Origin: Promethearchaeota archaeon
Lineage (GTDB): Archaea > Asgardarchaeota > Lokiarchaeia > Sigyniarchaeales > SOKP01
Length of the DNA stretch: 47,605 bases
Direction: 5' to 3'
NCBI GenBank assembly: GCA_016930515.1
Contig: JAFGGO010000045.1
Coordinates: forward strand, 1-47,605
Shown: positions 1 to 9,531 of the stretch, in pieces
How the letters are laid out: every line of letters begins with the position of its first letter
How positions within the stretch are numbered: position 1 is the stretch's first letter
The notes under the pieces: model-generated
Seen by the model: only the letters and a program-made list of their open reading frames with translations
The model's database searches: none
Told to the model about the DNA's origin: nothing
Made by a program: the position numbers and the translations under genes

Positions 1-201
1 GATTTCTACAAAAACGACTACAAAACAATGCTTGTCGGGACAGGCGAAACGCCGATAATCTTGTCGTTTTATGAAAGTTGTGGATTTAAAAAGTCATATC
101 GAGTAAAGAATTTTTTTACAGACAATTACAACCACCCTATTTTCGAGGGCGACATGCAACTTGTTGACATGATTTATCTTAAAAAGGATTTAAAGGAATA
201 G
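1..201 (+). CDS. GNAT-family N-acetyltransferase, C-terminal part (runs off the window start)
   Basis: Frame 1 reads [66 protein letters not shown], with the GNAT C-terminal 'VGTG...FYxxCGF' pattern; TAG at 199-201. Confidence 0.8.
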   Translation, partial: DFYKNDYKTMLVGTGETPIILSFYESCGFKKSYRVKNFFTDNYNHPIFEGDMQLVDMIYLKKDLKE

Positions 202-320
202 CAGAAATGTATCACAAACGAAATAAAAACGCTGAACAGCGAAAATACTGATAGCAACGGGCTAAAGATAAAGAAACAATTCTTCGAACCTCTAAGATCT
301 CTCTCTCTTCAAAATTCTTG

Positions 321-355
321 TGATCTTTCAGAAATAAACCAAAATCCCTTATAAA
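321..355 (+). repeat. 35-bp direct repeat, copy 1
   Basis: TGATCTTTCAGAAATAAACCAAAATCCCTTATAAA; 33/35 identical to 2836-2870. Confidence 0.9.
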
Positions 356-853
356 GGAGAAATAAAAATTATTTTTTCAGTTTTCATAAATAATACAAAA
401 TATTAAAATAACATTTTAATTATAATCTTCTTTTTTGAAAATATTACCTATTTAATCATCCAGTTTTAGAGTAAGGTACTCGTTGACCTTGAATTCTTTA
501 TCTGCCATTTGTCTATAAATTCAAAATATAGCTAAAGATTTAAAGATAGATAATAAAATATATTAATCCCTAAAAAAGACTATCAATGAAAAATTCTTGG
601 TTATTTATGAATAATCAAATTTTATAGATTAAATAAATAAAACAACAAGATTTTCTTCTGCGATATTAATTTATTTACATTTTGCACATTAATGAAAATA
701 AATTAAAAGAATTATCCAAATTTGGGATTTACAGGTTTTAGAAAAAGGTTTGATTTTATATTTTTTTCAAGTATAGGGAAATTTTTTTAAATATCTAAAG
801 TTGCATATTCTATCATCGAAAATTTTCAAATTACCTAATATTATAGATTTATA

Positions 854-2815
854 ATGATAATTATGAAAAGAGTGAGATCAACTCTAATAATAAGTTGCTT
901 CTTTCTTTATGTTCTTATTTCGAATTTTTCCTTTTCTTTTTATTTAGATGAAAAAACCAATTTAGAATCATTTAATTACATAAAAAATAATTTTCTAAAA
1001 ATAGGACAATATAATGCTTGGGAGAACAACGGAACAATTATCTGCGATGAAATTGGTAGGCAATCTGAAGCACAAATCTGTTCTGATGGAGAAGGAGGGA
1101 CAATTATAACTTGGACAGACTCGAGAGAATTAGGAGAAGATGATATCTACGCGCAAAGAATCAATTCCAATGGAGAAACAATGTGGAATTCAAATGGCAT
1201 AGTGATATGTAATAAAATGTATGACCAATTTAAGCCTAAAATATGTTCTGATGGCGAGGGAGGAGCTATTATTGCTTGGTTGAATTTCAGTAATGGTGAG
1301 TTTGATATTTATGCTCAAAAAATCAATTCCAATGGAGAAATATTATGGAAACCAAATGGTACACTTATCTGCAATGCATTTGAGAGACAAGAGAAGGTTC
1401 AAATCTGTTTTGATGGCGAGGGAGGTGCCCTTATTACATGGGAGGATAATAGAAATGTCCTTAGTTTAATGACAAGTCTGGATATTTATGCTCAAAGGAT
1501 CAATTCAAATGGAGAAGTATTATGGGAACCAAATGGTACTCCTATATGTACTGAATATGATGGGCAAATACACCCTCAGATCTGTTCTGATGGTGAAGGT
1601 GGTGCAATAATTATATGGGAAGATGATAGATGGCTGGATTTTCCAACTCTATCTGGTCAAGGTATATATGGTCAAAGAATAAGTTCAGAGGGAACCCCAT
1701 TATGGGAGGCAAATGGTACAGCCATATGTATCATAGAAAAAGACCAAATTAATCCTCGAATCTGTTCAGATGGAGAAGGTGGTGTTATAGTTACGTGGTC
1801 TGATAGTAGAATTTCATATGAATATTACAATATCTATGCTCAGAGAATTGATCCCTTAGGAAATGGATTATGGGAGGCAAATGGCATTGCGATATGTAAA
1901 CAAGGAAAGTCGCAAAGAGAACCTGAAATCATTTTCGACGGAGCAGCTGGGGCTATTATCGCGTGGACGGATTACAGATTTTATTCTGAAACATATGATT
2001 ATGCCATAAGTATATATGCTCAAAAGGTTAATTCAGATGGAGACATAATTTGGAAGGAGAATGGGGAGATGATGTATAATCAAAGCGAAATTTTTCCACT
2101 TTTTAAGCGAATTTCTTGTGATGGAGAAGGTGGTGCTATTTTATCTTGGTATGATGAGAGAGTTTCATTTGAAGATTACAATATCTATGCTCAGTGGATT
2201 AATGCTACTGGAGACATATTGTGGAATGAAAATGGGATAATCATTTGCAATGAAATTAACAATCAACTAAATCAAGATATGTGTTCCGACGGAAATGGCG
2301 GAGTTATCATTAGCTGGGCAGATTATCGAGATTCATTATATGAAGATGATATTTATGCTCAAAAAATAGTAACAGAATATGAAATTAACAATCCACCAGA
2401 ACTAATACAAGCTTCGGTTAATCCTAAAATCGGAGATAAGGACACCTTGTTTACTTTCGAGATCACTTATTTCGATTCAAACAACAACGAGCCACAACAT
2501 GTGAATGTAATTATAAATGACTCCTCTCGAATAATGCAAAAAGTGGATTCCACAGATACAAATTATATAGATGGGTGTCTTTATCAATATCAAACATTCT
2601 TATACATGTCTCCTTACAATTATACTTACCAATTTGAATGTAGCGATGGATATAGCATTATATCTACAGAGCGATTTACGGATTTACAGGTTGATCACAT
2701 CCCAGGAATAAATAATGGTGACTTTAATGTTCCAGTTATTGTTCTCCTTATCGTTGGTGCTATAGCAGTTTCATTCTTAATTCTTGGTATTATTAAGGGA
2801 AAAAATCGAAAATAA
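854..2815 (+). CDS. Secreted, C-terminally membrane-anchored repeat protein (probable beta-propeller plus Ig-like domain)
   Basis: Hydrophobic N-terminal signal; eight ~55-60 aa repeats 'CSDGEGGAIIxW.D.R...IYAQRI...G..LW..NG..IC'; beta-rich domain after NNPPEL; TM segment VPVIVLLIVGAIAVSFLILGII followed by KGKNRK. Confidence 0.8.
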   Translation: MIIMKRVRSTLIISCFFLYVLISNFSFSFYLDEKTNLESFNYIKNNFLKIGQYNAWENNGTIICDEIGRQSEAQICSDGEGGTIITWTDSRELGEDDIYAQRINSNGETMWNSNGIVICNKMYDQFKPKICSDGEGGAIIAWLNFSNGEFDIYAQKINSNGEILWKPNGTLICNAFERQEKVQICFDGEGGALITWEDNRNVLSLMTSLDIYAQRINSNGEVLWEPNGTPICTEYDGQIHPQICSDGEGGAIIIWEDDRWLDFPTLSGQGIYGQRISSEGTPLWEANGTAICIIEKDQINPRICSDGEGGVIVTWSDSRISYEYYNIYAQRIDPLGNGLWEANGIAICKQGKSQREPEIIFDGAAGAIIAWTDYRFYSETYDYAISIYAQKVNSDGDIIWKENGEMMYNQSEIFPLFKRISCDGEGGAILSWYDERVSFEDYNIYAQWINATGDILWNENGIIICNEINNQLNQDMCSDGNGGVIISWADYRDSLYEDDIYAQKIVTEYEINNPPELIQASVNPKIGDKDTLFTFEITYFDSNNNEPQHVNVIINDSSRIMQKVDSTDTNYIDGCLYQYQTFLYMSPYNYTYQFECSDGYSIISTERFTDLQVDHIPGINNGDFNVPVIVLLIVGAIAVSFLILGIIKGKNRK

Positions 2816-2835
2816 GAAAAACATCAAGGCTTCCA

Positions 2836-2870
2836 TGATCTTTCAGAAATAAACCAAAAACCTTTATAAA
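2836..2870 (+). repeat. 35-bp direct repeat, copy 2 (degenerate third copy at ~2896-2924)
   Basis: TGATCTTTCAGAAATAAACCAAAAACCTTTATAAA; third copy TTTCAAAATAAACCAAAATCATTCATAAA. Confidence 0.85.
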
Positions 2871-2923
2871 TGAATCAAGAATATTATAAAGAGTTTTTCA
2901 AAATAAACCAAAATCATTCATAA

Positions 2924-3109
2924 ATGTTTTATATTGATTGGATGGACACTAGAGTATCTCAAGAAGCTCTTGAATATCAAATGGAATCCTTTGATCAATA
3001 TATAGAACGGATAAAGCGAAATAATAGATTCAAGAGAGGATTTATGAAATTAATAGCACCTTTAGCAAGTCGTGCTTTAATCAAGAGATCTCCATATCTA
3101 ATCAAATAA
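2924..3109 (+). pseudogene. 3' remnant of an NAD-dependent epimerase/dehydratase, paralogous to 3315-4313
   Basis: FYIDWMDTRVSQEALEY...LIAPLASRALIKRSPYL aligns with LYVDWMDTKESQENLKY...IISPLAKRFLLRMSPYL of the next gene; no N-terminal domain. Confidence 0.85.
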
Positions 3110-3314
3110 TATCTAATTTCAATACCTTTTTTTATTATAAAGAATATTATTTTCCATTTTATATGTAAGATAAAGAATAATAGCTGATTTTTAGGCAATA
3201 TCTGTTTGCATTACATGATTTCCAGACAATTTGTATGACTTTACAAAAGAATTTCAGGCCAATAAACTTTAATTAACAGAATTCTATAATATATAAATAT
3301 AAAGAGGATATACA

Positions 3315-4313
3315 ATGAAAAAGAAAGTACTTTTAACTGGTGCCTTTGGTAATGTGGGTCAAAATACATTAAAGCAACTACTAATGCGTGAACATGAAGT
3401 TAGTTGTTTTGATCTACCAAATCCCTCAAATAAAAAGATCTTTAAAAAATTATCAAAAAAATTACAATTTACAATGCATTGGGGGAACATACTCAATAAA
3501 GATGACTTAAAGAAAGCTGTAGAAGGAGTAGAATGTATAATTCATCTTGCAGCTATTATTCCCCCCTTAAGTGAATTAAATCCAGAACTAGCGCGTAAAG
3601 TAAATGTTGAAGGTACTCAAAATTTAATAGAAGCCGCAAAAACCCTACCAGATACGCCAAGATTCATCATGGCAAGTTCTGCAAGTGTACATGGGGTAAC
3701 AATGCATTTAGAACCACCCGTAACAGCAGACTCTCCATTGAACCCTTCTGATCATTATTCCACTACAAAAGTTGAATGTGAAAAAATGGTTAAAGCGAGT
3801 GGCCTTCCTTGGTTAGTATTACGATTAGGGGCGGTCTCTGTAGATAAGATGCCTTTCAAATTGGAGGGATTCGCAGATCTTTTATTCAGCGTACCACTTG
3901 AGCAACGTGCTGAGTTTGTAGCTTCAAATGATTGTGCTATAGCGTTTGCAAATGCAGTTATGATTGATAAAATTGATAAAGTGTTTCTTATCGGTGGAGG
4001 CGTAGAATCTCAACTTTATCAAGGAGATTTCTTAGCGGGATTCTTCGATGCATTCGGTTTAAAAATGCTTCCAGAGAAGGCATTCAAACCAGTAAAAACT
4101 AAGGATGATTGGTTATATGTTGATTGGATGGACACGAAAGAATCCCAAGAAAATCTTAAATACCTGACAGAACCATTTCCGTTATATGTTGATAGAATGA
4201 AAAAGAATCACAAATTGAGACGGATTGGAATTAAAATTATATCTCCTCTTGCAAAAAGATTTTTACTCAGAATGTCTCCCTATTTACATCCTAAAACTAA
4301 AAAAGAAGAATAG
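3315..4313 (+). CDS. NAD(P)-dependent epimerase/dehydratase (extended SDR)
   Basis: TGAFGNVG Rossmann motif, IIHLAA, VNVEGT, YSTTK (YxxxK). Confidence 0.9.
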   Translation: MKKKVLLTGAFGNVGQNTLKQLLMREHEVSCFDLPNPSNKKIFKKLSKKLQFTMHWGNILNKDDLKKAVEGVECIIHLAAIIPPLSELNPELARKVNVEGTQNLIEAAKTLPDTPRFIMASSASVHGVTMHLEPPVTADSPLNPSDHYSTTKVECEKMVKASGLPWLVLRLGAVSVDKMPFKLEGFADLLFSVPLEQRAEFVASNDCAIAFANAVMIDKIDKVFLIGGGVESQLYQGDFLAGFFDAFGLKMLPEKAFKPVKTKDDWLYVDWMDTKESQENLKYLTEPFPLYVDRMKKNHKLRRIGIKIISPLAKRFLLRMSPYLHPKTKKEE

Positions 4314-4479
4314 AACCAATTAAATTCTTCTAATTTTATATGCAATCATTACTAAATATTTTGCTTTTTCTTCCTTTTTTTGAGTATTTTTTAAACAATC
4401 TAAATACTCACCTACATATCTATTTCGATTTTTAATAATTGAAAGCAAAGCTTGCTCAAATTCCTTAGAATAAATTTTA

Positions 4480-4875
4480 TTAGCGAGATTCACTCACAAA
4501 ATCTAATGAAACGGAATTGATACAATAACGACATTTCGTAGGTTTAGGACCATCCATGAATAGATGCCCTAAATGTCCTCCACAGTTCTTACATGACACT
4601 TCAGTTCGAACCATTCCATAGCTTCGATCCTCTTTTAACTCGATGTTTTCGTTATCCATCACATCTGAAAAGCTCGGCCAGCCCGTTCCTGACTCAAATT
4701 TCGTGTCAGAAGAAAACAATAGGGATCCACAAGCAGCACACTTGTAGACACCATCGTCGTGGTTGTTCCAATATTTTCCCGTGAAAGGTCTTTCAGTTCC
4801 TTTTTTTCTCAATACATTGTATTGTTCTTTTGTTAGTTTATCTTTCCAGTCTTTTTCTTTTGTTTCAGAAGTCAT
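4480..4875 (-). CDS. msrB: Peptide-methionine (R)-S-oxide reductase MsrB, Zn-binding, Cys form
   Basis: [36 protein letters not shown]. Confidence 0.97.
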   Translation of the reverse strand: MTSETKEKDWKDKLTKEQYNVLRKKGTERPFTGKYWNNHDDGVYKCAACGSLLFSSDTKFESGTGWPSFSDVMDNENIELKEDRSYGMVRTEVSCKNCGGHLGHLFMDGPKPTKCRYCINSVSLDFVSESR

Positions 4876-5081
4876 TTTTATTCTCCCACTTTGATTCTTA
4901 GAGATATAGTAACATTTTGCAATAAAATAAATAATGGTTATAATTCATTAAAGAAAATAAGGTTCTAACTGTTACAGCAAGAAGAAATAAGATTTTTTTT
5001 TTTAAAAAATAATACATTTGTTTTAGATTTATATAAGGAGTTATTTTGAAAAAAAAAATGAAAATATACTTTTTTATCACC

Positions 5082-5651
5082 TTAAAATTGAGCACCACAG
5101 TGCTCACAAAACTTGGATGTTCTTTTTATTTTTTTCCCGCATTCACTGCAAAATTTCATATCCTCTGAATTTTCTTCTTTTTTTATAGATGAAGCATGTG
5201 AAGGAAGTTGTGATCCTTGAACTGGAATGACATAGGTTGAGTTAAATTTATTGTCTCCTTGTGAAGATATAATTCCTGATTTATACTTAAAAATTAATGC
5301 CAAATGCCAATTTTTAAATTTTCCTCCACTCATTACCTTCCATTTTTTCGGCATGTTTACCTTGAATTGATATTGTTTTGTTTCTCCAGATCTGATGAGA
5401 TCTCCTTTAGCAAGTTGTAATTTTTCTTTTGTTTTTTGAAATGTTTTCCATTCAGAGGTTTCATTCCCTGTTACATGATCTATGGTTGTAACATATTTAT
5501 CTACACTATCAATAAGTTGAACTCCTACACTTTTCAATTTTTTATCCTTTTCTTCTTGGTTCTCTATATAGAAAATACCTTCGATTTCATCATTTGGATA
5601 AAAATTTTCTTTATGATTCAAGATTTCATATTTACATATCATTTTCCCCAT
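5082..5651 (-). CDS. Arrestin-N/SpoOM-like beta-sandwich protein with C-terminal zinc ribbon
   Basis: FYPNDEIEGIFYI...VGVQL...GETKQYQFKVNMP resembles the arrestin-N pattern; C-terminal CSEC...CEHCG; SD AGGTGA 7 nt before the ATG. Confidence 0.55.
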   Translation of the reverse strand: MGKMICKYEILNHKENFYPNDEIEGIFYIENQEEKDKKLKSVGVQLIDSVDKYVTTIDHVTGNETSEWKTFQKTKEKLQLAKGDLIRSGETKQYQFKVNMPKKWKVMSGGKFKNWHLALIFKYKSGIISSQGDNKFNSTYVIPVQGSQLPSHASSIKKEENSEDMKFCSECGKKIKRTSKFCEHCGAQF

Positions 5652-5860
5652 TAAAATTTCACCTTTTTGTTATTATAATATATTTTTAAATCTATGTTAA
5701 ACAAGCAAATTGCTACTTATTTAAAAGAATATGGGTACTTTGTGCAATATCAGATCTCTTGTTAATAATAATAATTTAGAATAATAATCAAATTTTCGAA
5801 ATCTAATAGTACCTGCTATATTTCAACATTCTATCAAAAGTTTCTTCTTTTTAGATAATT

Positions 5861-7240
5861 CTAAGATTTTTTTAAGATTAACTCATATAATTCCAAAATA
5901 CTTTTTCTAAAATTATCATAATCAAATTTAATACCTAATCTCGATCTTAATAAGGGAGGAATGTGGTCTACATTCGTGAATATAGGTATGATTGGTTTTC
6001 CTATCGCATCAGCAGCAGTCCATTCCTTTTCAACTGGAATTGAATCTAAGGAGTTAGGAGAGCAGAACAAAAGCATTAAATTGCTTTTGTCAAGATTGTC
6101 GTTCATATACTTGATAATGTTATCATGCATATCCTCTTGCCAATATAGGACATCATCAATTTCTTCAAAAGCAGTCAATTCTTCTGCAATTCTTGAGATC
6201 TGGTATGATTTTGCGTCTATTGTAGCATAGCTTATGAATATTAATAGGTTTTCTCTTTGATATTTTTCTTTTCTTTCAAAAAGTTTTCTTTCTCTTTCAA
6301 TTCTCTCATCTTCTTTTTTCTGAGCTTTGATTAAATTTGACTGATTTTTAAATTCCTTGAAATCCCATAATTTTATGGTTTTATCACTAGAACAACTTAG
6401 AAGAAAATTACCATCACTAGAGAATATGACTTTCCATACATCACCTTGATGATTATTGATGTTTCCAACTATTTCTCCAGTAGAAAAATCCCATATTTTT
6501 ATTGTTTTATCTGCTGAACCGCTAGCAATGTATTTACCATCAGGAGATATTGCTACTGACCAGACTTCACTATTATGACCCTCAAAAGACTTAATCAGTT
6601 TTCCTGTAGGTAGATCCCAAATTTTTATCGTTTTATCAATAGAACCACTTATTATATTTTTTCCATCTGGAGTGATTATTATTGACCACACAGGATTTTT
6701 ATGTCCTTCAAGAGTTCTAATCAAATTTCCTGAGGTCAAATCCCATATTTTTATTGTTCTGTCGCTAGAACCGCTGATAATATATTTATTATCCGGAGAA
6801 AATGATACAGATTGAATTCTAAGGTCATGACCCTCAAACGAACGGATTGGTTTTTTAGCATTAATATCCCATAAAGTTATTTTTTTGTTAAATGAACCAC
6901 TTATAATAGAGTCCCCGATATGAGAAACATCAATAGAATAAACAGGACCAGTCTTACCTTTAAAATTATTAGATGTTCCTGTAGAAGCGTCCCAAATTTT
7001 TATCGTTTTATCAATGGATCCGCTTATAATATTTTTCCTGTCGGGTGTAAATTTAACAGAATGAATTTCATCTTTATGTCCTGTAAATGTTTGAATTAGG
7101 TTTCCAGTGAATAGATTCCATAATTTTATCGTAGAATCTTTTGAACCGCTAACTAGTAAACTATTATCATCAGAAATATCTAATGTTAATATTTCATCTT
7201 CATGACCCATAAAGGTCCGAATTAATAAATTATCTTGCAT
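5861..7240 (-). CDS. WD40 beta-propeller / coiled-coil / TIR-domain protein
   Basis: Seven GH...WD-type repeats; charged linker KKEDERIERERK; TIR motifs IFISYA and VEKEW. Confidence 0.9.
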   Translation of the reverse strand: MQDNLLIRTFMGHEDEILTLDISDDNSLLVSGSKDSTIKLWNLFTGNLIQTFTGHKDEIHSVKFTPDRKNIISGSIDKTIKIWDASTGTSNNFKGKTGPVYSIDVSHIGDSIISGSFNKKITLWDINAKKPIRSFEGHDLRIQSVSFSPDNKYIISGSSDRTIKIWDLTSGNLIRTLEGHKNPVWSIIITPDGKNIISGSIDKTIKIWDLPTGKLIKSFEGHNSEVWSVAISPDGKYIASGSADKTIKIWDFSTGEIVGNINNHQGDVWKVIFSSDGNFLLSCSSDKTIKLWDFKEFKNQSNLIKAQKKEDERIERERKLFERKEKYQRENLLIFISYATIDAKSYQISRIAEELTAFEEIDDVLYWQEDMHDNIIKYMNDNLDKSNLMLLFCSPNSLDSIPVEKEWTAADAIGKPIIPIFTNVDHIPPLLRSRLGIKFDYDNFRKSILELYELILKKS

Positions 7241-7497
7241 TTCTAAGCGTAAATAAATACTATTAATTAAAAAGTTTTATTAAATCAATATGATCTTTTT
7301 ATGAATTAAAATATTTCTAAACAACAATAATTAATTAAAAAATATTATTTTTAGCGTAAAGCATCAGTCAATTAACCTTAATATATATTAAGCTTAATCT
7401 TCTTTAAATGGATTTTATAGTTAATTCAACCAATAGGTGTTCACTTGATAAGGACATTTTACTTTAAAAGCATTAAAATAAAAAGATAATTTCAATT

Positions 7498-8325
7498 CTA
7501 AAGAAAATCTAAAACTAACTTGTTGATTTCGGGCGCTCTGGACAAGTAAGTCATGTCTCCTGCGTTTTGCAATATTTCTAATCGACAATTGGATATCTTT
7601 TCTTGCATTGCAATCATCCATTCTTTTGGATGGAGCTTATTGTGAGAACCTGCGATAATCAATGTCTCGGTGTCAATTTGGTCGATTTCGTTGATGAGTC
7701 TCATCCCGAAAATGGCAGAACCTTGATTCTCGACATCTTTGGGCGTCATGGGATCGATGGAATACTCTTTAATCCAGTCGGCCACGGTCAATGAGTCGTG
7801 AAACATTTTATGCGGATTTGCTTTAAATCCCTTGATAAATTCCTCGTGAAACGACAATGCCGAGTTCCTCGTAAAATATTTCTAGGGGGCATTTTGTTGG
7901 AAGACCAACGCCTTGCTATTGATCGTCGTGATCTCCCGAATCATGTCATCCGATGGAAAACTCGCTGCCGTGTTTAATAAGAGCATTTTTTTCACCCTAT
8001 TTGCGTATTTTAATGCAAAGCGCGTCAGAATCATCGCACCCATTGCATAGCCCATCAAGTAGGACTTTTCTAATTTCAAGTGTTCCATTAATCCTGCTAT
8101 ATCGTCGGCGAATATGTCTAGAGTATAATGATAATCGGGACGATCAGACTTTCCAGAGCCTCGATTATCAAAAACGACTAGTTAAAAACGCTCGCTTAAT
8201 TGTTTGATTTGAGCCATCCACATTTCTTTTTTAAGGCAAAACCCACTTACTAAAATGAGGGTTCTGCATTCTCATTTCCGTGAATTTCGTAGGAAATATT
8301 AACACCATTAACTTGAGCAATTTTA
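7498..8325 (-). pseudogene. Decayed tandem duplicate of the alpha/beta-hydrolase-fold gene at 8541-9377
   Basis: Colinear with the intact copy. No start codon, a 1-nt deletion near 8260 (EP/LIL), TAA in place of Lys near 8183 (ERF*LV) and TAG in place of Glu at 7882-7884 (AP*KYF). Confidence 0.92.
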
Positions 8326-8540
8326 GAAAAGTTGTTAATAATAATTGTTCATTAAAAAGAGTTTTTTCAAAGATAAAGAAAAATATTTAAAGAAATTCCC
8401 TTTTTGACATAAGAGTCAAGCTTAGTGTTTATTTATGAGTCCTAATTTTTTGATATTAAAAATTTAGTCAATAAAATTCAAAATAAAGAAGATATTAATA
8501 ACGCCTTCAATATTAAAAAAAAGGAAAAAAATTGGAGTTA

Positions 8541-9377
8541 TTATTGTAAGAAATCCAATACGAGCTTGTTGACTTCGGGTGCTCGGGATAGGTAAGTCAT
8601 GTCACCTGCGTTTTGCAGTATTTCCAATCGATTATTGGGCATCTTTGCGTCCATTTCTATCATCCATTCTTTTGGATGGATCTTATTGTGAGAACCAGCG
8701 ATGATTAGCGTCTCCGTGTTGATTTTATCTATCTCGTTATAAAGTGTCATCTCCAACATGGCAGAGCCTTGGTTTTCAACGTCCTTCGGCGTCATGGGAT
8801 CGATGGAATATTCTTTAACCCATTCGGCCACGGTCCAGAGATCGTGAAATTTCTTACCAGGATTGGCTTCCAGTTCCTTGACGAAATCCTCGTGAAATGC
8901 CATGATAGCGCTTTTCATGAAGTATTTCTCGGGAGCGCTTAGTTGGAAATCAACTGCCTTGCTGTTAACAACCATTATGTTCTTGATGATATCGTCAGAG
9001 GGAAATCGCGAAGTCGTGTTTAATAGAACGAGTTTCTTGACTCGATCTGGATATTTTAAAACGAAGCGAGTCATTGCCATCGCACCTAAAGCGTATCCCA
9101 TGATATTCGCTTTTTCTATCTTGAGGTGATCCATCAGACCTGCAACATCGTCAGCTATATTTTCCAATGTATAATGATAATCGGGTCGATCGGACTTACC
9201 ACACCCTCGATTGTCAAAAGTGATCAATTTAAAGCGTTCTCCTAATTGCTTTATCTGCGCAATCCACATTTCTTTTTTAAGGCACCAACCACTTACCAAG
9301 ATAAGCGGTTCCCCGTTTTCGCTTCCTTGGATTTCGTAACTAATGTTTATTCCATTAACATGAGCAATGTTAGCCAT
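8541..9377 (-). CDS. Alpha/beta-hydrolase-fold protein with a non-canonical catalytic triad
   Basis: FDNRGCGKSD and YPDRVKKLVL fold motifs; elbow GYALG, acid site AGSHN, base site NAGDM. Confidence 0.9.
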   Translation of the reverse strand: MANIAHVNGINISYEIQGSENGEPLILVSGWCLKKEMWIAQIKQLGERFKLITFDNRGCGKSDRPDYHYTLENIADDVAGLMDHLKIEKANIMGYALGAMAMTRFVLKYPDRVKKLVLLNTTSRFPSDDIIKNIMVVNSKAVDFQLSAPEKYFMKSAIMAFHEDFVKELEANPGKKFHDLWTVAEWVKEYSIDPMTPKDVENQGSAMLEMTLYNEIDKINTETLIIAGSHNKIHPKEWMIEMDAKMPNNRLEILQNAGDMTYLSRAPEVNKLVLDFLQ

Positions 9378-9531
9378 ATGTTTTATAATTAATATTGATT
9401 AAAAAAAATTGTTTATACGAAAACAAGAAATTCTAAAATAGTTTTAATACAATATAGATGGGTAATTTATTCTAAAAAAAAAGAATGAATTTAATCCCAT
9501 TCCTCATAGAAAGAAGATATAATATTCATAA

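Noticed and set aside
202-360. Integron attC site after the GNAT gene
   Set aside because: No convincing RYYYAAC...GTTRRRY pair with a hairpin was found.
1000-7240. CRISPR-like periodic DNA repeats
   Set aside because: The periodicity comes from protein repeats (DGEGG repeats and WD40) in open frames; there is no repeat-spacer array.
7882-7884. In-frame TAG as pyrrolysine or readthrough
   Set aside because: It is a GAG-to-TAG change in a copy that also has a TAA, a frameshift and no start codon.
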